DNA from: Photobacterium sp.
GTDB taxonomy: Bacteria > Pseudomonadota > Gammaproteobacteria > Enterobacterales > Vibrionaceae
Assembly (NCBI RefSeq): GCF_033720175.1
Contig: NZ_JAWWDA010000018.1
Span: 12,556-76,555, forward strand
Direction: 5' to 3'
DNA length: 64,000 nt
Part shown: positions 40,459 to 50,798 of the stretch, piece by piece
How the letters are laid out: the number at the start of each line of letters is the position of its first letter
How positions within the stretch are numbered: the first letter of the stretch is position 1
The notes under the pieces: generated by a model
Databases searched by the model: none
What the model saw: only the letters and a program-made list of their open reading frames with translations
What the model was told of the DNA's origin: nothing
Made by a program: the position numbers and the translations under genes

Positions 40459-41688
40459 ATGGCTAAAGTTTCACTGGATAAAGAAAAGATTAAAATTCTC
40501 TTATTGGAAGGCCTCCACCCTTCTACAATTGAGGTTTTACAGCAGGCTGGTTACACCAATATTGAATACCATAAAGGTTCACTTGCCGGTAGCGAACTGC
40601 TTGATGCGATCAAAGACGCCCACTTTGTCGGTATTCGCTCGCGTACTCAGCTAACGGAAGAAGTCTTTGACTCAGCCAAGAAGCTGATGGCTGTGGGTTG
40701 TTTCTGTATCGGTACCAATCAGGTTGATCTTGCAGGAGCTAGCAAACGGGGTATTCCGGTTTTTAACGCCCCCTTCTCAAATACCCGAAGTGTCGCCGAG
40801 TTAGTACTGGGAGAAATACTGCTGCTGCTTCGCGGTATTCCGGAAAAAAATGCCAAAGCCCACCGTGGTGAATGGCAGAAGTCTGCCGATCATTCTTATG
40901 AAGCGCGCGGCAAACGGTTAGGCATCATTGGTTACGGCCACATCGGTACGCAGCTGGGTATTCTGGCAGAAAACCTCGGCATGCGAGTCTATTTCTACGA
41001 TATCGAAAACAAACTCTCACTGGGTAACGCCACGCAGGTTCGCTCAATGACCGAGCTGCTCAACAAGTGTGATGTGGTCAGCCTGCATGTGCCGGAAACC
41101 CCTGATACTCAGGATATGATGGGCGCTGATGAGTTTGCTCGCATGAAACCAGGGGCTATTTTCATCAATGCCGCGCGTGGCACTGTGGTTGAAATCGATG
41201 CGCTCTGCAGCGCGCTGGAAAGCAAGCACCTCGCGGGCGCTGCAATTGACGTCTTCCCGGTAGAGCCGAAAACCAACAAAGACCCGTTCATATCGCCACT
41301 GGCACAATTTGACAATGTATTGTTGACACCGCATATCGGTGGCTCAACCCAGGAAGCGCAGGAAAACATCGGGCTTGAAGTCGCCGGTAAGTTAGTGAAA
41401 TATTCCGATAATGGTTCAACACTGTCAGCAGTTGGCTTCCCTGAAGTGTCACTGCCTGAGCACCGCGACTGTTCGCGTCTGCTGCACATTCATGAAAACC
41501 GCCCGGGGATCCTGAATCAGATCACCACGATCTTCGCCGCAGAAGGGATCAACATTGCTGCGCAGTACCTGCAAACAGGTGCCCAGATCGGTTATGTGGT
41601 TATTGATGTGGAAACCAAGCGCTCGGAAGAAGCCCTCCGAAAGCTGAAAGCTATCGACGGCACCATTCGTGCCCGTATTCTGCATTAA
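40459..41688 (+). CDS. serA: D-3-phosphoglycerate dehydrogenase
   Basis: 409 aa; NAD motif GIIGYGHIG; C-terminal ACT domain. Confidence 0.95.
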   Translation: MAKVSLDKEKIKILLLEGLHPSTIEVLQQAGYTNIEYHKGSLAGSELLDAIKDAHFVGIRSRTQLTEEVFDSAKKLMAVGCFCIGTNQVDLAGASKRGIPVFNAPFSNTRSVAELVLGEILLLLRGIPEKNAKAHRGEWQKSADHSYEARGKRLGIIGYGHIGTQLGILAENLGMRVYFYDIENKLSLGNATQVRSMTELLNKCDVVSLHVPETPDTQDMMGADEFARMKPGAIFINAARGTVVEIDALCSALESKHLAGAAIDVFPVEPKTNKDPFISPLAQFDNVLLTPHIGGSTQEAQENIGLEVAGKLVKYSDNGSTLSAVGFPEVSLPEHRDCSRLLHIHENRPGILNQITTIFAAEGINIAAQYLQTGAQIGYVVIDVETKRSEEALRKLKAIDGTIRARILH

Positions 41689-41702
41689 TATCAAAACGAC
41701 AG

Positions 41703-41758
41703 AATCGAGAGCCTAGTTTCGAGGTTTGAGATTCGAGATCCTAGTTTCGAGATATGAG
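41703..41758. repeat. eight degenerate heptamers in phase (forward orientation)
   Basis: AATCGAG AGCCTAG TTTCGAG GTTTGAG ATTCGAG ATCCTAG TTTCGAG ATATGAG. Confidence 0.85.
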
Positions 41759-41790
41759 AAAGGAGAGCATTTGCTCTCCTTTTTGTGTTT
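41758..41790 (+). terminator. intrinsic terminator of serA
   Basis: Stem AGGAGAGCA/TGCTCTCCT (41761-41769 / 41772-41780) followed by TTTTGTGTTTT. Confidence 0.85.
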
Positions 41791-41792
41791 TA

Positions 41793-41916
41793 GTCCTATG
41801 GTCCTATGGTCCTATGGTCCTATGGTCCTATGGTCCTATGGTCCTATGGTCCTATGGTCCTATGGTCCTATGGTCCTATGGTCCTATGGTCCTATGGTCC
41901 TATGGTCCTATGGTCC
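41793..41916. repeat. 8-bp tandem repeat GTCCTATG x15 plus a partial GTCC
   Basis: Counted directly: 15 perfect units from 41793 to 41912, then GTCC. There are no spacers, so this is not a CRISPR. Confidence 0.97.
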
Positions 41917-41961
41917 GGCAGACTCTTCGAGTCAGATTTTGAAGTCAAGCTTTTGATTTTC

Positions 41962-42003
41962 CTCGTGACTAGAAACTAGAAACTAGAATCTCGCAACTCA
42001 AAA
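41962..42003. repeat. six degenerate heptamers in phase (complementary orientation)
   Basis: CTCGTGA CTAGAAA CTAGAAA CTAGAAT CTCGCAA CTCAAAA. This is the reverse complement of the motif at 41703-41758. Confidence 0.85.
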
Positions 42004-42009
42004 TATCTT

Positions 42010-42714
42010 CTACTCCTCAAGCTTAAACACCACTTCCACCCGATCCCGAATCGTCATGTGAGCATCTTGATAGGTTGCCGCCGTTTCTCCGGCGGCGTCC
42101 ATGGCCATTGCCCTCATCATTATCGGACGTGGGCTAGCGGCGTGGTACGTGATCTTCCACACCCCTTCAATGCTCTCACCAAATCCCTTAGCAAGCGATT
42201 CAGCTTTTTCCCGGGCATCTTTAATCGCAGCCTGACGTGCCTGCTCGATGAACTCCGCTTCATTGCTGACTTTCAGCTCGATGTGATTAATCCGATTAAT
42301 ACCATCACCCAAAGCGCCATCTAAATATTCGTTCAACTTCTCTAGCAACTTGACGGTTACCGTTATATGGCGACTGGCACGATAGCCCGTTAGCTCTGGC
42401 TGTTTATCTTTTGGATAATGGTATTGTGGGTGCAGCGTAATATTCGCACTCGTAATATCTGTGCGATCCACACCTTGCTGCTTCAGGCGTTCGTTAAAGG
42501 CGGTGACAGCTTTATCTACCGCCAGCTTGGCTTCTTTTGCCGTCTGCCGGGTTTCGACAACTTCAACCGTGAACACTGCCATATCAGGCTGGGCCATGAC
42601 TTCGCCCATCCCTGTGGTTTCCAGATGCGGAAAATCAACATCCGCAGCCATTACTCCCGCAGAGATCAATGAACTGGCGCCGACTAATACCACCGCGAGT
42701 AAATGTTTCTTCAT
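42010..42714 (-). CDS. yggE: SIMPL/DUF541 periplasmic protein YggE (oxidative stress defence)
   Basis: Signal peptide, 234 aa. TGYRASRHITVTV and the overall pattern match the YggE family. Confidence 0.85.
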   Translation of the reverse strand: MKKHLLAVVLVGASSLISAGVMAADVDFPHLETTGMGEVMAQPDMAVFTVEVVETRQTAKEAKLAVDKAVTAFNERLKQQGVDRTDITSANITLHPQYHYPKDKQPELTGYRASRHITVTVKLLEKLNEYLDGALGDGINRINHIELKVSNEAEFIEQARQAAIKDAREKAESLAKGFGESIEGVWKITYHAASPRPIMMRAMAMDAAGETAATYQDAHMTIRDRVEVVFKLEE

Positions 42715-43038
42715 ATTGCTTTCCTACTCTCTTGTTATTGAAGATATTATTGATGGCGAATATTCGATAATGCGTTACGTGTATGGGTTCGACAACAGAA
42801 CTCACCAAATTATCCCCCTTGTTCTCTTTTTTGAATGCCGTTTTATTGAGCAGTCAATATCAACGGCCGATGATATGTATGACTGGGTGTTTGAAAGCCA
42901 TGATCGCGTCGTTTTTGCTATCGGTACGGTAAAATGAGGTTCTACCTTGTTAAAATCAAAGGTAAAGCGCAGTATTGATCTCGCCGTTGCCGCTATGATG
43001 CTCTCATCGCCAGCCACTAAAAGGACTATTTAAACAAT

Positions 43039-43545
43039 ATGTTGCCTGAACAATTGGAAGCTATCTATCGCAAAAATCTTGCCCTGTTCAGCAAAGCCGG
43101 TGTCGGTTATCGGCAATGGCAACATGCGCCGATCCTGGATTTTGCAACCGATGAGCGTATTGCTAAAGAACTGGGCTGGACAGCAGCACCAACCAAAAGC
43201 CTGTTCATGAAAATTAAGGGAGGGGGTTATTGTTTGCTCCTGACCCATCGCGACCGTCGTTTGAACAGTAAGCTGGTTAAGCAGGTGCTGGGTAAAAGGG
43301 TGTCGGTATGCAGCAATGAGGAGATGGCAGTTGAGATTGGCTGTGTGCCCGGAGCGGTGTGCCCGTTTGGCTTGCCGGAGCATATTACCTTGCTCGTCGA
43401 CCCGGTGGTTTATGAGCATAAAGAGCTGATGTTTACCCCCGGAAAACCGGACTATACCTTTGCCTTTGATAGCGCTGAACTGAATAAACTGCTCATGCAC
43501 TTAACGAATCCAGTGATCACTCTGCCAGCGGTTGAACAGGCTTAA
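43039..43545 (+). CDS. YbaK/ProX-like aminoacyl-tRNA trans-editing domain protein
   Basis: 168 aa. KSLFMK..., GCVPGAVCPFGL and an overall YbaK-fold pattern. Second paralogue in the window. Confidence 0.7.
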   Translation: MLPEQLEAIYRKNLALFSKAGVGYRQWQHAPILDFATDERIAKELGWTAAPTKSLFMKIKGGGYCLLLTHRDRRLNSKLVKQVLGKRVSVCSNEEMAVEIGCVPGAVCPFGLPEHITLLVDPVVYEHKELMFTPGKPDYTFAFDSAELNKLLMHLTNPVITLPAVEQA

Positions 43546-43585
43546 ACCATATTCACTGTCCGTGTCGCGGCGATTAATGATTCCA

Positions 43586-43618
43586 GAAAAAAATGGAGCC
43601 CACCCGGCTCCATTTTGG
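43586..43618. terminator. bidirectional terminator between the YbaK-like gene (+) and mscS (-)
   Basis: Stem ATGGAGCC/GGCTCCAT (43593-43600 / 43606-43613) flanked by an A run and TTTT. Confidence 0.8.
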
Positions 43619-43629
43619 TTTATCAGATC

Positions 43630-44514
43630 TTAGCCTTCCAGCTTATTCAAATGCACATCCATTTGAGGGTATGGGATTGTAATATCTTCTTTATCAAGCT
43701 CTTCTTTAATCGCTTGTAGCAAATCGAAGTATACGCGCCAGTAATCAGCGGTTTTAACCCATGGCCGAACCACTAAGTTAACAGAGGAATCCGCCAGTGC
43801 CACGACACCGATGGTGGGTGCAGGATCTTTTAATACCCGCGGCTCAGCGGCAACCACACGTGCGAGCACTTCTTTGGTTTTCTTCAAATCCGCGTCATAA
43901 GAGACCCCGATAACAAAATCAATTCGGCGGGTTGCATGGCGTGAATAGTTCGTAATGGGGCTACTGATAACCGCCCCATTCGGTACCACAACCATTTTGT
44001 TATCTGGCGTACACAGTACCGTTGAGAATATTTGAATCGACTCAACCGATCCCGCCACGCCACCAACTTCAACGTAATCACCGGACTTGAACGGACGGAA
44101 CCCGACAATCAGCACACCCGCGGCAAAGTTAGATAGTGAGCCTTGCAGTGCTAAGCCAATCGCCAAACCCGCGGCACCGATAACCGCAACGACAGATGCC
44201 GTCTGAACGCCTAAACGACCAAGTGCTGCAATCAGAACAATTACAAACAGCAGATAGCGCACGAGCGAATGCAGAAACTCAACAACCGCCTCGTCCATGC
44301 TCTTTTTACGCAGCACTTTCGCCACGCCGTTGGCGATTCCTTTAACAATAAGATTACCAACGAATAGGATCAGAATCGCCGAAATCAGGTTAACCCCGTA
44401 CTGGATCAACAGATCCTGATTATCGGTCACCCAGGTTCCGGCATTCAGTACGCCATTTGTTAACTGATTATCGGCCAGGGTATCAACAACCTTGTCTGTA
44501 ACACTCTCACTCAT
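43630..44514 (-). CDS. mscS: small-conductance mechanosensitive channel MscS
   Basis: Three TM helices plus the conserved pore/beta domain (GAAGLAIGLALQGSLSNFAAGVLI). Adjacent to fbaA as in E. coli. Confidence 0.9.
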   Translation of the reverse strand: MSESVTDKVVDTLADNQLTNGVLNAGTWVTDNQDLLIQYGVNLISAILILFVGNLIVKGIANGVAKVLRKKSMDEAVVEFLHSLVRYLLFVIVLIAALGRLGVQTASVVAVIGAAGLAIGLALQGSLSNFAAGVLIVGFRPFKSGDYVEVGGVAGSVESIQIFSTVLCTPDNKMVVVPNGAVISSPITNYSRHATRRIDFVIGVSYDADLKKTKEVLARVVAAEPRVLKDPAPTIGVVALADSSVNLVVRPWVKTADYWRVYFDLLQAIKEELDKEDITIPYPQMDVHLNKLEG

Positions 44515-44654
44515 TATTACTCTCTCTTTATTTATCCCGACAGAATTAACACTCCCCCGATATCCTCGACATTCTCATTAAAGATTGAAAGGCTATTGAT
44601 AGGAATCGATTTTTTCTACCTGTTAATATATACCAATTTATTTCTCCGGATAAT

Positions 44655-44680
44655 AAAAAAGCCCGCAATGCGGGCTTTTA
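44655..44680 (-). terminator. intrinsic terminator of fbaA
   Basis: Stem GCCCGC/GCGGGC (44661-44666 / 44670-44675), followed on the minus strand by TTTTTT. Confidence 0.85.
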
Positions 44681-44732
44681 AATAATCTCAATGTCCAACG
44701 CCTAAGCGTGGATTACACCGTTCCGTAATAAA

Positions 44733-45809
44733 TTACAGTACGTCGATTGCGTTAAGGTCTGAGAATGCTTTCTCAAGACGAGTAACCATAGACTCTTGAC
44801 CAGCACGTAGCCATACGCGTGGATCGTAGTACTTTTTGTTTGGCGCAGCTTCGCCAGTTGGATTACCGATTTGACCCTGTAGGAAATCATGGTTAGCTGC
44901 TTCGTATTGACGAATACCGTCCCAAGTCGCCCACTGAGTATCAGTATCGATGTTCATTTTGATAACACCGTAGCCGATTGACTCTTGGATTTCTGCTTCA
45001 GAAGAACCAGAACCACCGTGGAATACGAAGTTCAGAGCGTTAGGTGCGATACCGAACTTCTCTGCACAGTATGCTTGAGAGTCACGCAGGATAGTTGGAG
45101 TAAGCACAACGTTACCCGCCTGGTATACACCGTGTACGTTACCGAAAGATGCTGCGATAGTGAAACGTGGGCTGATAGCGCTTAGTTTCTCGTATGCGTA
45201 AGCTACATCTTCAGGAGAAGTGTAAAGCTCAGAAGCGTCCATGTCAGAGTTATCAACGCCATCTTCTTCACCACCAGTACAACCCAGTTCGATTTCTAGC
45301 GTCATACCCATCTTAGCCATGCGCTCTAGGTACTTAGCACATGTTTCGATGTTTTCTTCTAGAGACTCTTCAGAAAGGTCGATCATGTGAGAAGAGAACA
45401 GAGGCTTACCCGTTTGTGCGAAGAACTCTTCGCCCGCGTCTAGCAGACCGTCGATCCAAGGAAGAAGTTTCTTAGCTGCATGGTCAGTGTGAAGAATCAC
45501 TGGAATACCGTAAGCTTCAGCAACAGCATGAACGTACTTAGCACCCGCTACCGCGCCAGCGATTTGTGCTTCCTGACCTTCTAGCTTAAGACCTTTACCA
45601 ACGAAGAAACCAGCACCGCCGTTAGAGAACTGAACAACGACAGGCGCTTTAACTTTAGCTGCAGCTTCTAGAACACCATTGATAGTATCAGTGTTAACCA
45701 CGTTAACGGCAGGAAGGGCAAATTTGTTTTCTTTTGCTACTTCAAAAACTTTCTGAACGTCGTCGCCAGAAATTACGCCAGGTTTTACAAAATCGAAGAT
45801 CTTAGACAT
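44733..45809 (-). CDS. fbaA: class II fructose-bisphosphate aldolase
   Basis: MSKIFDFVKPGVISGDDVQKVF N-terminus; 358 aa. ATG 45809 was chosen; the ORF is open to 45935. Confidence 0.97.
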   Translation of the reverse strand: MSKIFDFVKPGVISGDDVQKVFEVAKENKFALPAVNVVNTDTINGVLEAAAKVKAPVVVQFSNGGAGFFVGKGLKLEGQEAQIAGAVAGAKYVHAVAEAYGIPVILHTDHAAKKLLPWIDGLLDAGEEFFAQTGKPLFSSHMIDLSEESLEENIETCAKYLERMAKMGMTLEIELGCTGGEEDGVDNSDMDASELYTSPEDVAYAYEKLSAISPRFTIAASFGNVHGVYQAGNVVLTPTILRDSQAYCAEKFGIAPNALNFVFHGGSGSSEAEIQESIGYGVIKMNIDTDTQWATWDGIRQYEAANHDFLQGQIGNPTGEAAPNKKYYDPRVWLRAGQESMVTRLEKAFSDLNAIDVL

Positions 45810-45917
45810 AACAATAGTCCTATTTACTTTCGTAGTCTGAGTTAAATATTTAACAAAACTTTGCAAACGTTTGCTTCCGGTCAAGCATTCTATAAAAACT
45901 TGATCCGATTCACAAAC

Positions 45918-45944
45918 ATTAAAAGGTGGGAGCACGCGCTCCCA
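45918..45944 (-). terminator. possible attenuator/terminator between pgk and fbaA
   Basis: Stem TGGGAGC/GCTCCCA (45927-45933 / 45938-45944) followed on the minus strand by CCTTTTAAT. Confidence 0.45.
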
Positions 45945-45954
45945 GCTTATTTAA

Positions 45955-47118
45955 TTATGCTTTTGCGCGCTCTTCTAGCATCGCAACGGCTGGTAATACT
46001 TTACCTTCAACGAACTCAAGGAACGCACCGCCACCAGTAGAAATGTAAGAAATATCAGCCTTGATGCCGAACTTGTCGATAGCTGCTAATGTGTCACCGC
46101 CGCCAGCAACCGAGAAGCCTTCCGATTCTGCAATGGCTTTAGAAATACCGGCAGTACCCGCTTCAAAGTTTTTGAATTCAAATACGCCAACAGGGCCATT
46201 CCAAAGAATTGTTTTGGCATTGCTGATGATTTTAGCAAGAGCCGCTGTTGAATCAGGACCCAGGTCAAAAATCATGTCGTCGTCTTGAACTTCAGAAACG
46301 TGCTTAATTTCAGCTTCTGCGTTCTCATCAAATGCTTTTGCACAGGCAACGTCAGTTGCAACAGGAATCGCACACTCTTTCATTAGTTTTTTAGCTGTTT
46401 CAACTAAATCCGCTTCGTATAGCGATTTACCAACATTGTGGCCTTCAGCAGCAATGAAAGTATTCGCGATACCACCACCAACAACCAGTTGGTCAGCGAT
46501 TTTAGATAGCGACTCAAGAACAGTCAGTTTAGTCGAAACTTTAGAACCACCAACGATTGCAACCAGTGGACGAGCTGGATTGTCCATTGCTTTACCCAGC
46601 GCTTCAAGCTCAGCAGCTAGCAGAGGGCCAGCGCATGCTACCGGTGCGAACATGCCAACACCGTGAGTTGATGCTTGTGCACGGTGAGCCGTACCGAATG
46701 CATCCATCACGAAGATGTCGCAAAGTGCGGCATATTTCTTAGAAAGCTCTTCTTCGTTCTTCTTCTCGCCTTTGTTAAAGCGAACGTTTTCAAGAACAAC
46801 TAGCTCACCAGCATTTAGCTCAAGACCATCCAGGTAATCTTTTGCCAGCTTAACGTCACAATCTAGTGCGTCATTTAAGTAGTTAACTACTGGAGCCAGA
46901 GAGAACTCTTCGTTGTACTCACCTTCAGTTGGACGACCAAGGTGTGAAGTAACCATTACTTTAGCGCCAGCTTCTAGGCACAGCTTGATAGTTGGAAGAG
47001 ACGCTAGAATACGCGCGTCAGATGTTACCTTACCGTCTTTAACTGGTACGTTTAGATCTGCACGAATAAATACGCGCTTACCAGCAAGTTCCAGATCAGT
47101 CATCTTGATTACAGACAT
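45955..47118 (-). CDS. pgk: phosphoglycerate kinase
   Basis: [26 protein letters not shown]-terminus. ATG 47118 is preceded by GAGAGGA. Confidence 0.97.
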   Translation of the reverse strand: MSVIKMTDLELAGKRVFIRADLNVPVKDGKVTSDARILASLPTIKLCLEAGAKVMVTSHLGRPTEGEYNEEFSLAPVVNYLNDALDCDVKLAKDYLDGLELNAGELVVLENVRFNKGEKKNEEELSKKYAALCDIFVMDAFGTAHRAQASTHGVGMFAPVACAGPLLAAELEALGKAMDNPARPLVAIVGGSKVSTKLTVLESLSKIADQLVVGGGIANTFIAAEGHNVGKSLYEADLVETAKKLMKECAIPVATDVACAKAFDENAEAEIKHVSEVQDDDMIFDLGPDSTAALAKIISNAKTILWNGPVGVFEFKNFEAGTAGISKAIAESEGFSVAGGGDTLAAIDKFGIKADISYISTGGGAFLEFVEGKVLPAVAMLEERAKA

Positions 47119-47209
47119 GGTTTGTCCTCTCAACAGTGTTAAAAATAAAATTTAAAGTTCTTTTACCAGCCCGGCGTCACTGCCAGACCCAAATAATTCT
47201 TTACTGCTG

Positions 47210-48286
47210 TTATGCTTCGCTATACTGCATCGTGGCATCACTATGCTGCACGCTATCACAAGTATGCATGGCCAACGCGGTATCTAACATACGGTTGGCG
47301 AATCCCCATTCGTTATCACACCACACCAGCAACTTTATTAAGTGCTTATTGCTGACTCGCGTTTGCGTGCCGTCGACTATCGCGCTGTGGGGATCGTGAT
47401 TGAAGTCAATGGAAACCAGCGGTGCTTCGGTGTAATCCATAATACCATCTAATGTACAACGAGATGCCTCAGACAGTGATTGATTTACGTCATTAACTTT
47501 CACATTTGTTTTAACTGTGACACTTAAATCCATCGCCGTGACGTTAATTGTAGGTACGCGCACAGAAATTGCTTCAAATTTGTCAGAAAGTTTCGGGAAT
47601 ATACGACCAATTCCAAGATGCAGTTTAGTATCAACAGGAATAATTGACTGACTGGCAGCCCGGGTACGACGCAAATCAGAATGGTAAGCGTCGATAACCT
47701 GTTGGTCATTCATCGCCGAGTGGATGGTGGTGATTGTGCCGGATTCGATGCCAAAGGTTTCATCAAGTACTTTGATCACCGGGACAATACAGTTGGTGGT
47801 ACAGGAACCATTAGAAACAATGCGGTGCTCAGGCTTGAGCGTCTCATGGTTCACACCATAGATAATCGTATTGTCGATATCAGTGGCAGCCGGATGAGAA
47901 AATAACACTTTCTTCGCCCCCGCCTTAATGTGGGCAAGGCCATCATCGCGAGATCCATACACCCCGGTACAGTCAAGAACAATATCGATGTCTAAATCAT
48001 GCCAGGGCAAAAGGGTAATGTCATTTTGGTGCAGAATGCGAACCCGGTCTTGCTCGCCATTGTCGTGAGCAATAAAGAGATGCTCCTGATCATGGGAGAC
48101 TGACTTAAAGAATCGGCCATGGCTGGTGTCATACTGTAACAAGTGAGCCATTGCTTCAGGCTCGGCCAACTCGTTAACCGCCACGACTTTTATCTGAGTA
48201 TGTTTATCGCTCTCGTACAGTGCGCGAAGCACACTGCGACCAATGCGACCAAATCCATTAATTGCGACTTTCAGTGTCATATCCAT
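47210..48286 (-). CDS. epd: D-erythrose-4-phosphate dehydrogenase
   Basis: Collinear with E. coli Epd ([35 protein letters not shown]). An alternative ATG lies at 48280. About 18 extra C-terminal residues relative to the remembered E. coli sequence. Confidence 0.9.
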   Translation of the reverse strand: MDMTLKVAINGFGRIGRSVLRALYESDKHTQIKVVAVNELAEPEAMAHLLQYDTSHGRFFKSVSHDQEHLFIAHDNGEQDRVRILHQNDITLLPWHDLDIDIVLDCTGVYGSRDDGLAHIKAGAKKVLFSHPAATDIDNTIIYGVNHETLKPEHRIVSNGSCTTNCIVPVIKVLDETFGIESGTITTIHSAMNDQQVIDAYHSDLRRTRAASQSIIPVDTKLHLGIGRIFPKLSDKFEAISVRVPTINVTAMDLSVTVKTNVKVNDVNQSLSEASRCTLDGIMDYTEAPLVSIDFNHDPHSAIVDGTQTRVSNKHLIKLLVWCDNEWGFANRMLDTALAMHTCDSVQHSDATMQYSEA

Positions 48287-48463
48287 GCTACCAAAATACT
48301 AAGCGGCGATAGTGTATAACAAGCACAGTCGAGAATCACCCTAATTGTGACAGCTATCACGACTCGACATTTAAAACCAACAATCCCCAGCGATTAACGA
48401 TAAATATCCCCATAAAAAGCGGTAAAAACAGACGGAAAAGTTATATTCATCCAGCCGGAAATA

Positions 48464-48496
48464 ATAAAAAAGGCTTCCAGAGGAAGCCTTTTTTCA
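48464..48496 (-). terminator. intrinsic terminator of tkt (symmetrical A/T runs)
   Basis: Stem AGGCTTCC/GGAAGCCT (48471-48478 / 48482-48489) flanked by AAAAAA and TTTTT. Confidence 0.85.
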
Positions 48497-48514
48497 AGTA
48501 TCGAAATAAATCGC

Positions 48515-50527
48515 TTACGCGAGCAGCTCTTGCGCGGTGTCGACGACGTTTTCAACCGTGAAGCCAAACATCTTAAACAGCTCGCCAGCTGGCGCTGACT
48601 CACCGAATGTGGTCATACCGATGATACGGCCGTCGAAACCAACGTACTTATACCAGAAGTCGGCAATACCGGCTTCAACAGCAATACGTGCAGTCACATC
48701 AGATGGCAGTACCGACTCACGGTAAGCTGCATCTTGCTTGTCGAATGCATCTGTTGCCGGCATAGAAACAACCCGAACCTTACGGCCTGCTGCTGTTAGC
48801 TGTGCGTAAGCTTCAGTGACCAGCTCAACCTCAGAGCCCGTCGCAATCAGAATAAGTTCTGGCTTGCCTTCGCAATCTTTCAGGATGTAACCACCCTTGG
48901 CGATGTCGGCAACCTGTGCTGCTGTACGCTCTTGCTGTGCCAGGTTCTGACGCGAGAAGATCAGCGCTGTCGGGCCATCTTTACGCTCGATGGCCAGTTT
49001 CCAAGCAACCGCAGATTCAACCTGATCACATGGACGCCATGTGCTCATGTTTGGTGTCAGGCGCAGTGAAGCAATTTGCTCTACCGGCTGGTGGGTAGGA
49101 CCATCTTCGCCCAGACCGATTGAGTCGTGGGTGTAGACCTGAATGTTCTGCACTTTCATCAAAGCAGCCATACGCATTGCGTTACGTGCGTATTCCATGA
49201 ACATCAGGAACGTCGCGCCGTAAGGTACGAAACCGCCGTGTAGTGCGATACCGTTCATGATTGCCGTCATCCCGAATTCACGGACACCGTAGTGAATATA
49301 GTTACCCGAGAAGTCTCCGGCCGTTAGTGACTGAGAACCAGACCACATGGTCAGGTTAGACGGCGCAAGGTCAGCAGAGCCGCCCATGAACTCAGGGAGC
49401 ATTGCACCAAACGCTTCTAGCGCATTTTGCGAGGCTTTACGTGATGCGATGTTTGCCGGATTAGCCTGAAGATCAGCAATGATTGCATTGGCTTTCTCTT
49501 CCCACTGTGCAGGCAGATCACCGTTTACGCGGCGCTTGTATTCAGCAGCAAGCTCAGGGTAAGCAGCAGCATATGCGGCAAACTTCTCGTCCCATGCCGA
49601 TTCCTTCGCGGCACCCGCTTCTTTCGCATCCCACTCAGCAGCAATATCTGCAGGGATTTCGAAAGGACCATGGTTCCAGCCCAGGAATTCACGGGCTGCG
49701 GTGATTTCGTCAGCGCCTAGCGGTGCGCCGTGGCAGTCGTGAGAACCTGCTTTGTTCGGTGAACCAAAACCAATGATAGTCTTAGTACAGATCAGAGTTG
49801 GTTTGCCGGTTTCAGCCTTCGCAGCTTCAATTGCAGCGTTGATTGCGTCCGCATCGTGACCATCAACAGCAGGAATCACATGCCAGCCGTACGCTTCGAA
49901 ACGCTTCGGCGTATCGTCAGAGAACCAGCCTTGAACGTCACCGTCGATAGAAATACCGTTGTCATCCCAGAACGCAACTAGCTTGCCCAGCCCCAAAGTG
50001 CCCGCCAGTGAACAAGCTTCGTGAGAGATCCCTTCCATCAGACAGCCATCACCCATGAATACATAAGTGTTGTGGTCAACGATATCATGGCCGTCACGGT
50101 TGAACTGCGCAGCAAGGGCCTTTTCTGCCATCGCCATACCAACACCGTTAGTAATACCCTGACCGAGTGGACCTGTTGTTGTTTCGATACCTGGTGCGTA
50201 ACCGTATTCAGGGTGACCCGGAGTTTTCGAGTGCAGCTGACGGAAGTTCTTCAGATCATCGATAGACAGGTCATAACCGGTCAGGTGAAGCAGAGAGTAA
50301 ATAAGCATTGAACCGTGGCCGTTTGACAAAATAAAACGGTCGCGATCAGCCCACTGCGGGTTTTGTGGGTTGTGGTTCATGTGGCTGCGCCACAGTACTT
50401 CAGCGATATCTGCCATACCCATAGGTGCACCAGGATGGCCAGAGTTCGCTTGTTGAACGCCGTCCATGCTCAGGGCGCGGATAGCATTTGCCAGCTCTTT
50501 ACGAGAATTAGCGTTACGTGAAGACAT
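48515..50527 (-). CDS. tkt: transketolase
   Basis: [35 protein letters not shown]-terminal ThDP motif. ATG 50527 is preceded by GGAG; the ORF is open to 50575. Confidence 0.97.
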   Translation of the reverse strand: MSSRNANSRKELANAIRALSMDGVQQANSGHPGAPMGMADIAEVLWRSHMNHNPQNPQWADRDRFILSNGHGSMLIYSLLHLTGYDLSIDDLKNFRQLHSKTPGHPEYGYAPGIETTTGPLGQGITNGVGMAMAEKALAAQFNRDGHDIVDHNTYVFMGDGCLMEGISHEACSLAGTLGLGKLVAFWDDNGISIDGDVQGWFSDDTPKRFEAYGWHVIPAVDGHDADAINAAIEAAKAETGKPTLICTKTIIGFGSPNKAGSHDCHGAPLGADEITAAREFLGWNHGPFEIPADIAAEWDAKEAGAAKESAWDEKFAAYAAAYPELAAEYKRRVNGDLPAQWEEKANAIIADLQANPANIASRKASQNALEAFGAMLPEFMGGSADLAPSNLTMWSGSQSLTAGDFSGNYIHYGVREFGMTAIMNGIALHGGFVPYGATFLMFMEYARNAMRMAALMKVQNIQVYTHDSIGLGEDGPTHQPVEQIASLRLTPNMSTWRPCDQVESAVAWKLAIERKDGPTALIFSRQNLAQQERTAAQVADIAKGGYILKDCEGKPELILIATGSEVELVTEAYAQLTAAGRKVRVVSMPATDAFDKQDAAYRESVLPSDVTARIAVEAGIADFWYKYVGFDGRIIGMTTFGESAPAGELFKMFGFTVENVVDTAQELLA

Positions 50528-50798
50528 GTCTGCTCCAGAAATTCGTAGACTGTTATGGTGGCTACCTGTTCGCATCGGCGTAACAAATTAGCCATGATTC
50601 GGCGGGCGGGTATTGTCGCAAAGTCTACCCCCATACTGCAAACGATTTCCTGCAAAAAATAAGACCAAATTCAATAAGCTGGACAAACAGCAGGCTTAAC
50701 TATCTGTAATCAAAGCATCATAAGTAAACGTTTGCTATACGGTTCGGGCATTTCCCTACAATTCACAATGTTGATTTTATACCAGTTGTCGGTATTAT

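Noticed and set aside
41793-41916. The tandem array as a CRISPR or as a coding repeat.
   Set aside because: The units are contiguous 8-mers with no spacers, and no cas genes are present. The unit length is not divisible by three, and the array lies between two gene 3' ends.
41726-41956. Track ORFs 41726-41956 and 41754-41942, which encode MVLWSYGP repeats.
   Set aside because: They are produced solely by reading through the 8-bp tandem array (24-nt periodicity). They lie between two convergent gene ends, directly after the serA terminator, and have no RBS. They are treated as artefacts of the repeat.
43030-43500. A 156-aa ORF on the minus strand overlapping 43039-43545.
   Set aside because: The plus-strand frame gives a recognisable YbaK-fold protein with a sensible start and a downstream terminator. 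The minus-strand translation has no recognisable features.
45810-45935. Long N-terminal extensions offered by the ORF track. These are fbaA to 45935, rsmE from 53633, sprT from 52131, rseA to 23187, the DUF134 gene to 33263, tkt to 50575, pilU to 58173 and mazG to 7790.
   Set aside because: In each case an internal ATG reproduces the canonical family N-terminus and length, usually with a better RBS. Several extensions would also run through terminators, repeats or the upstream gene.
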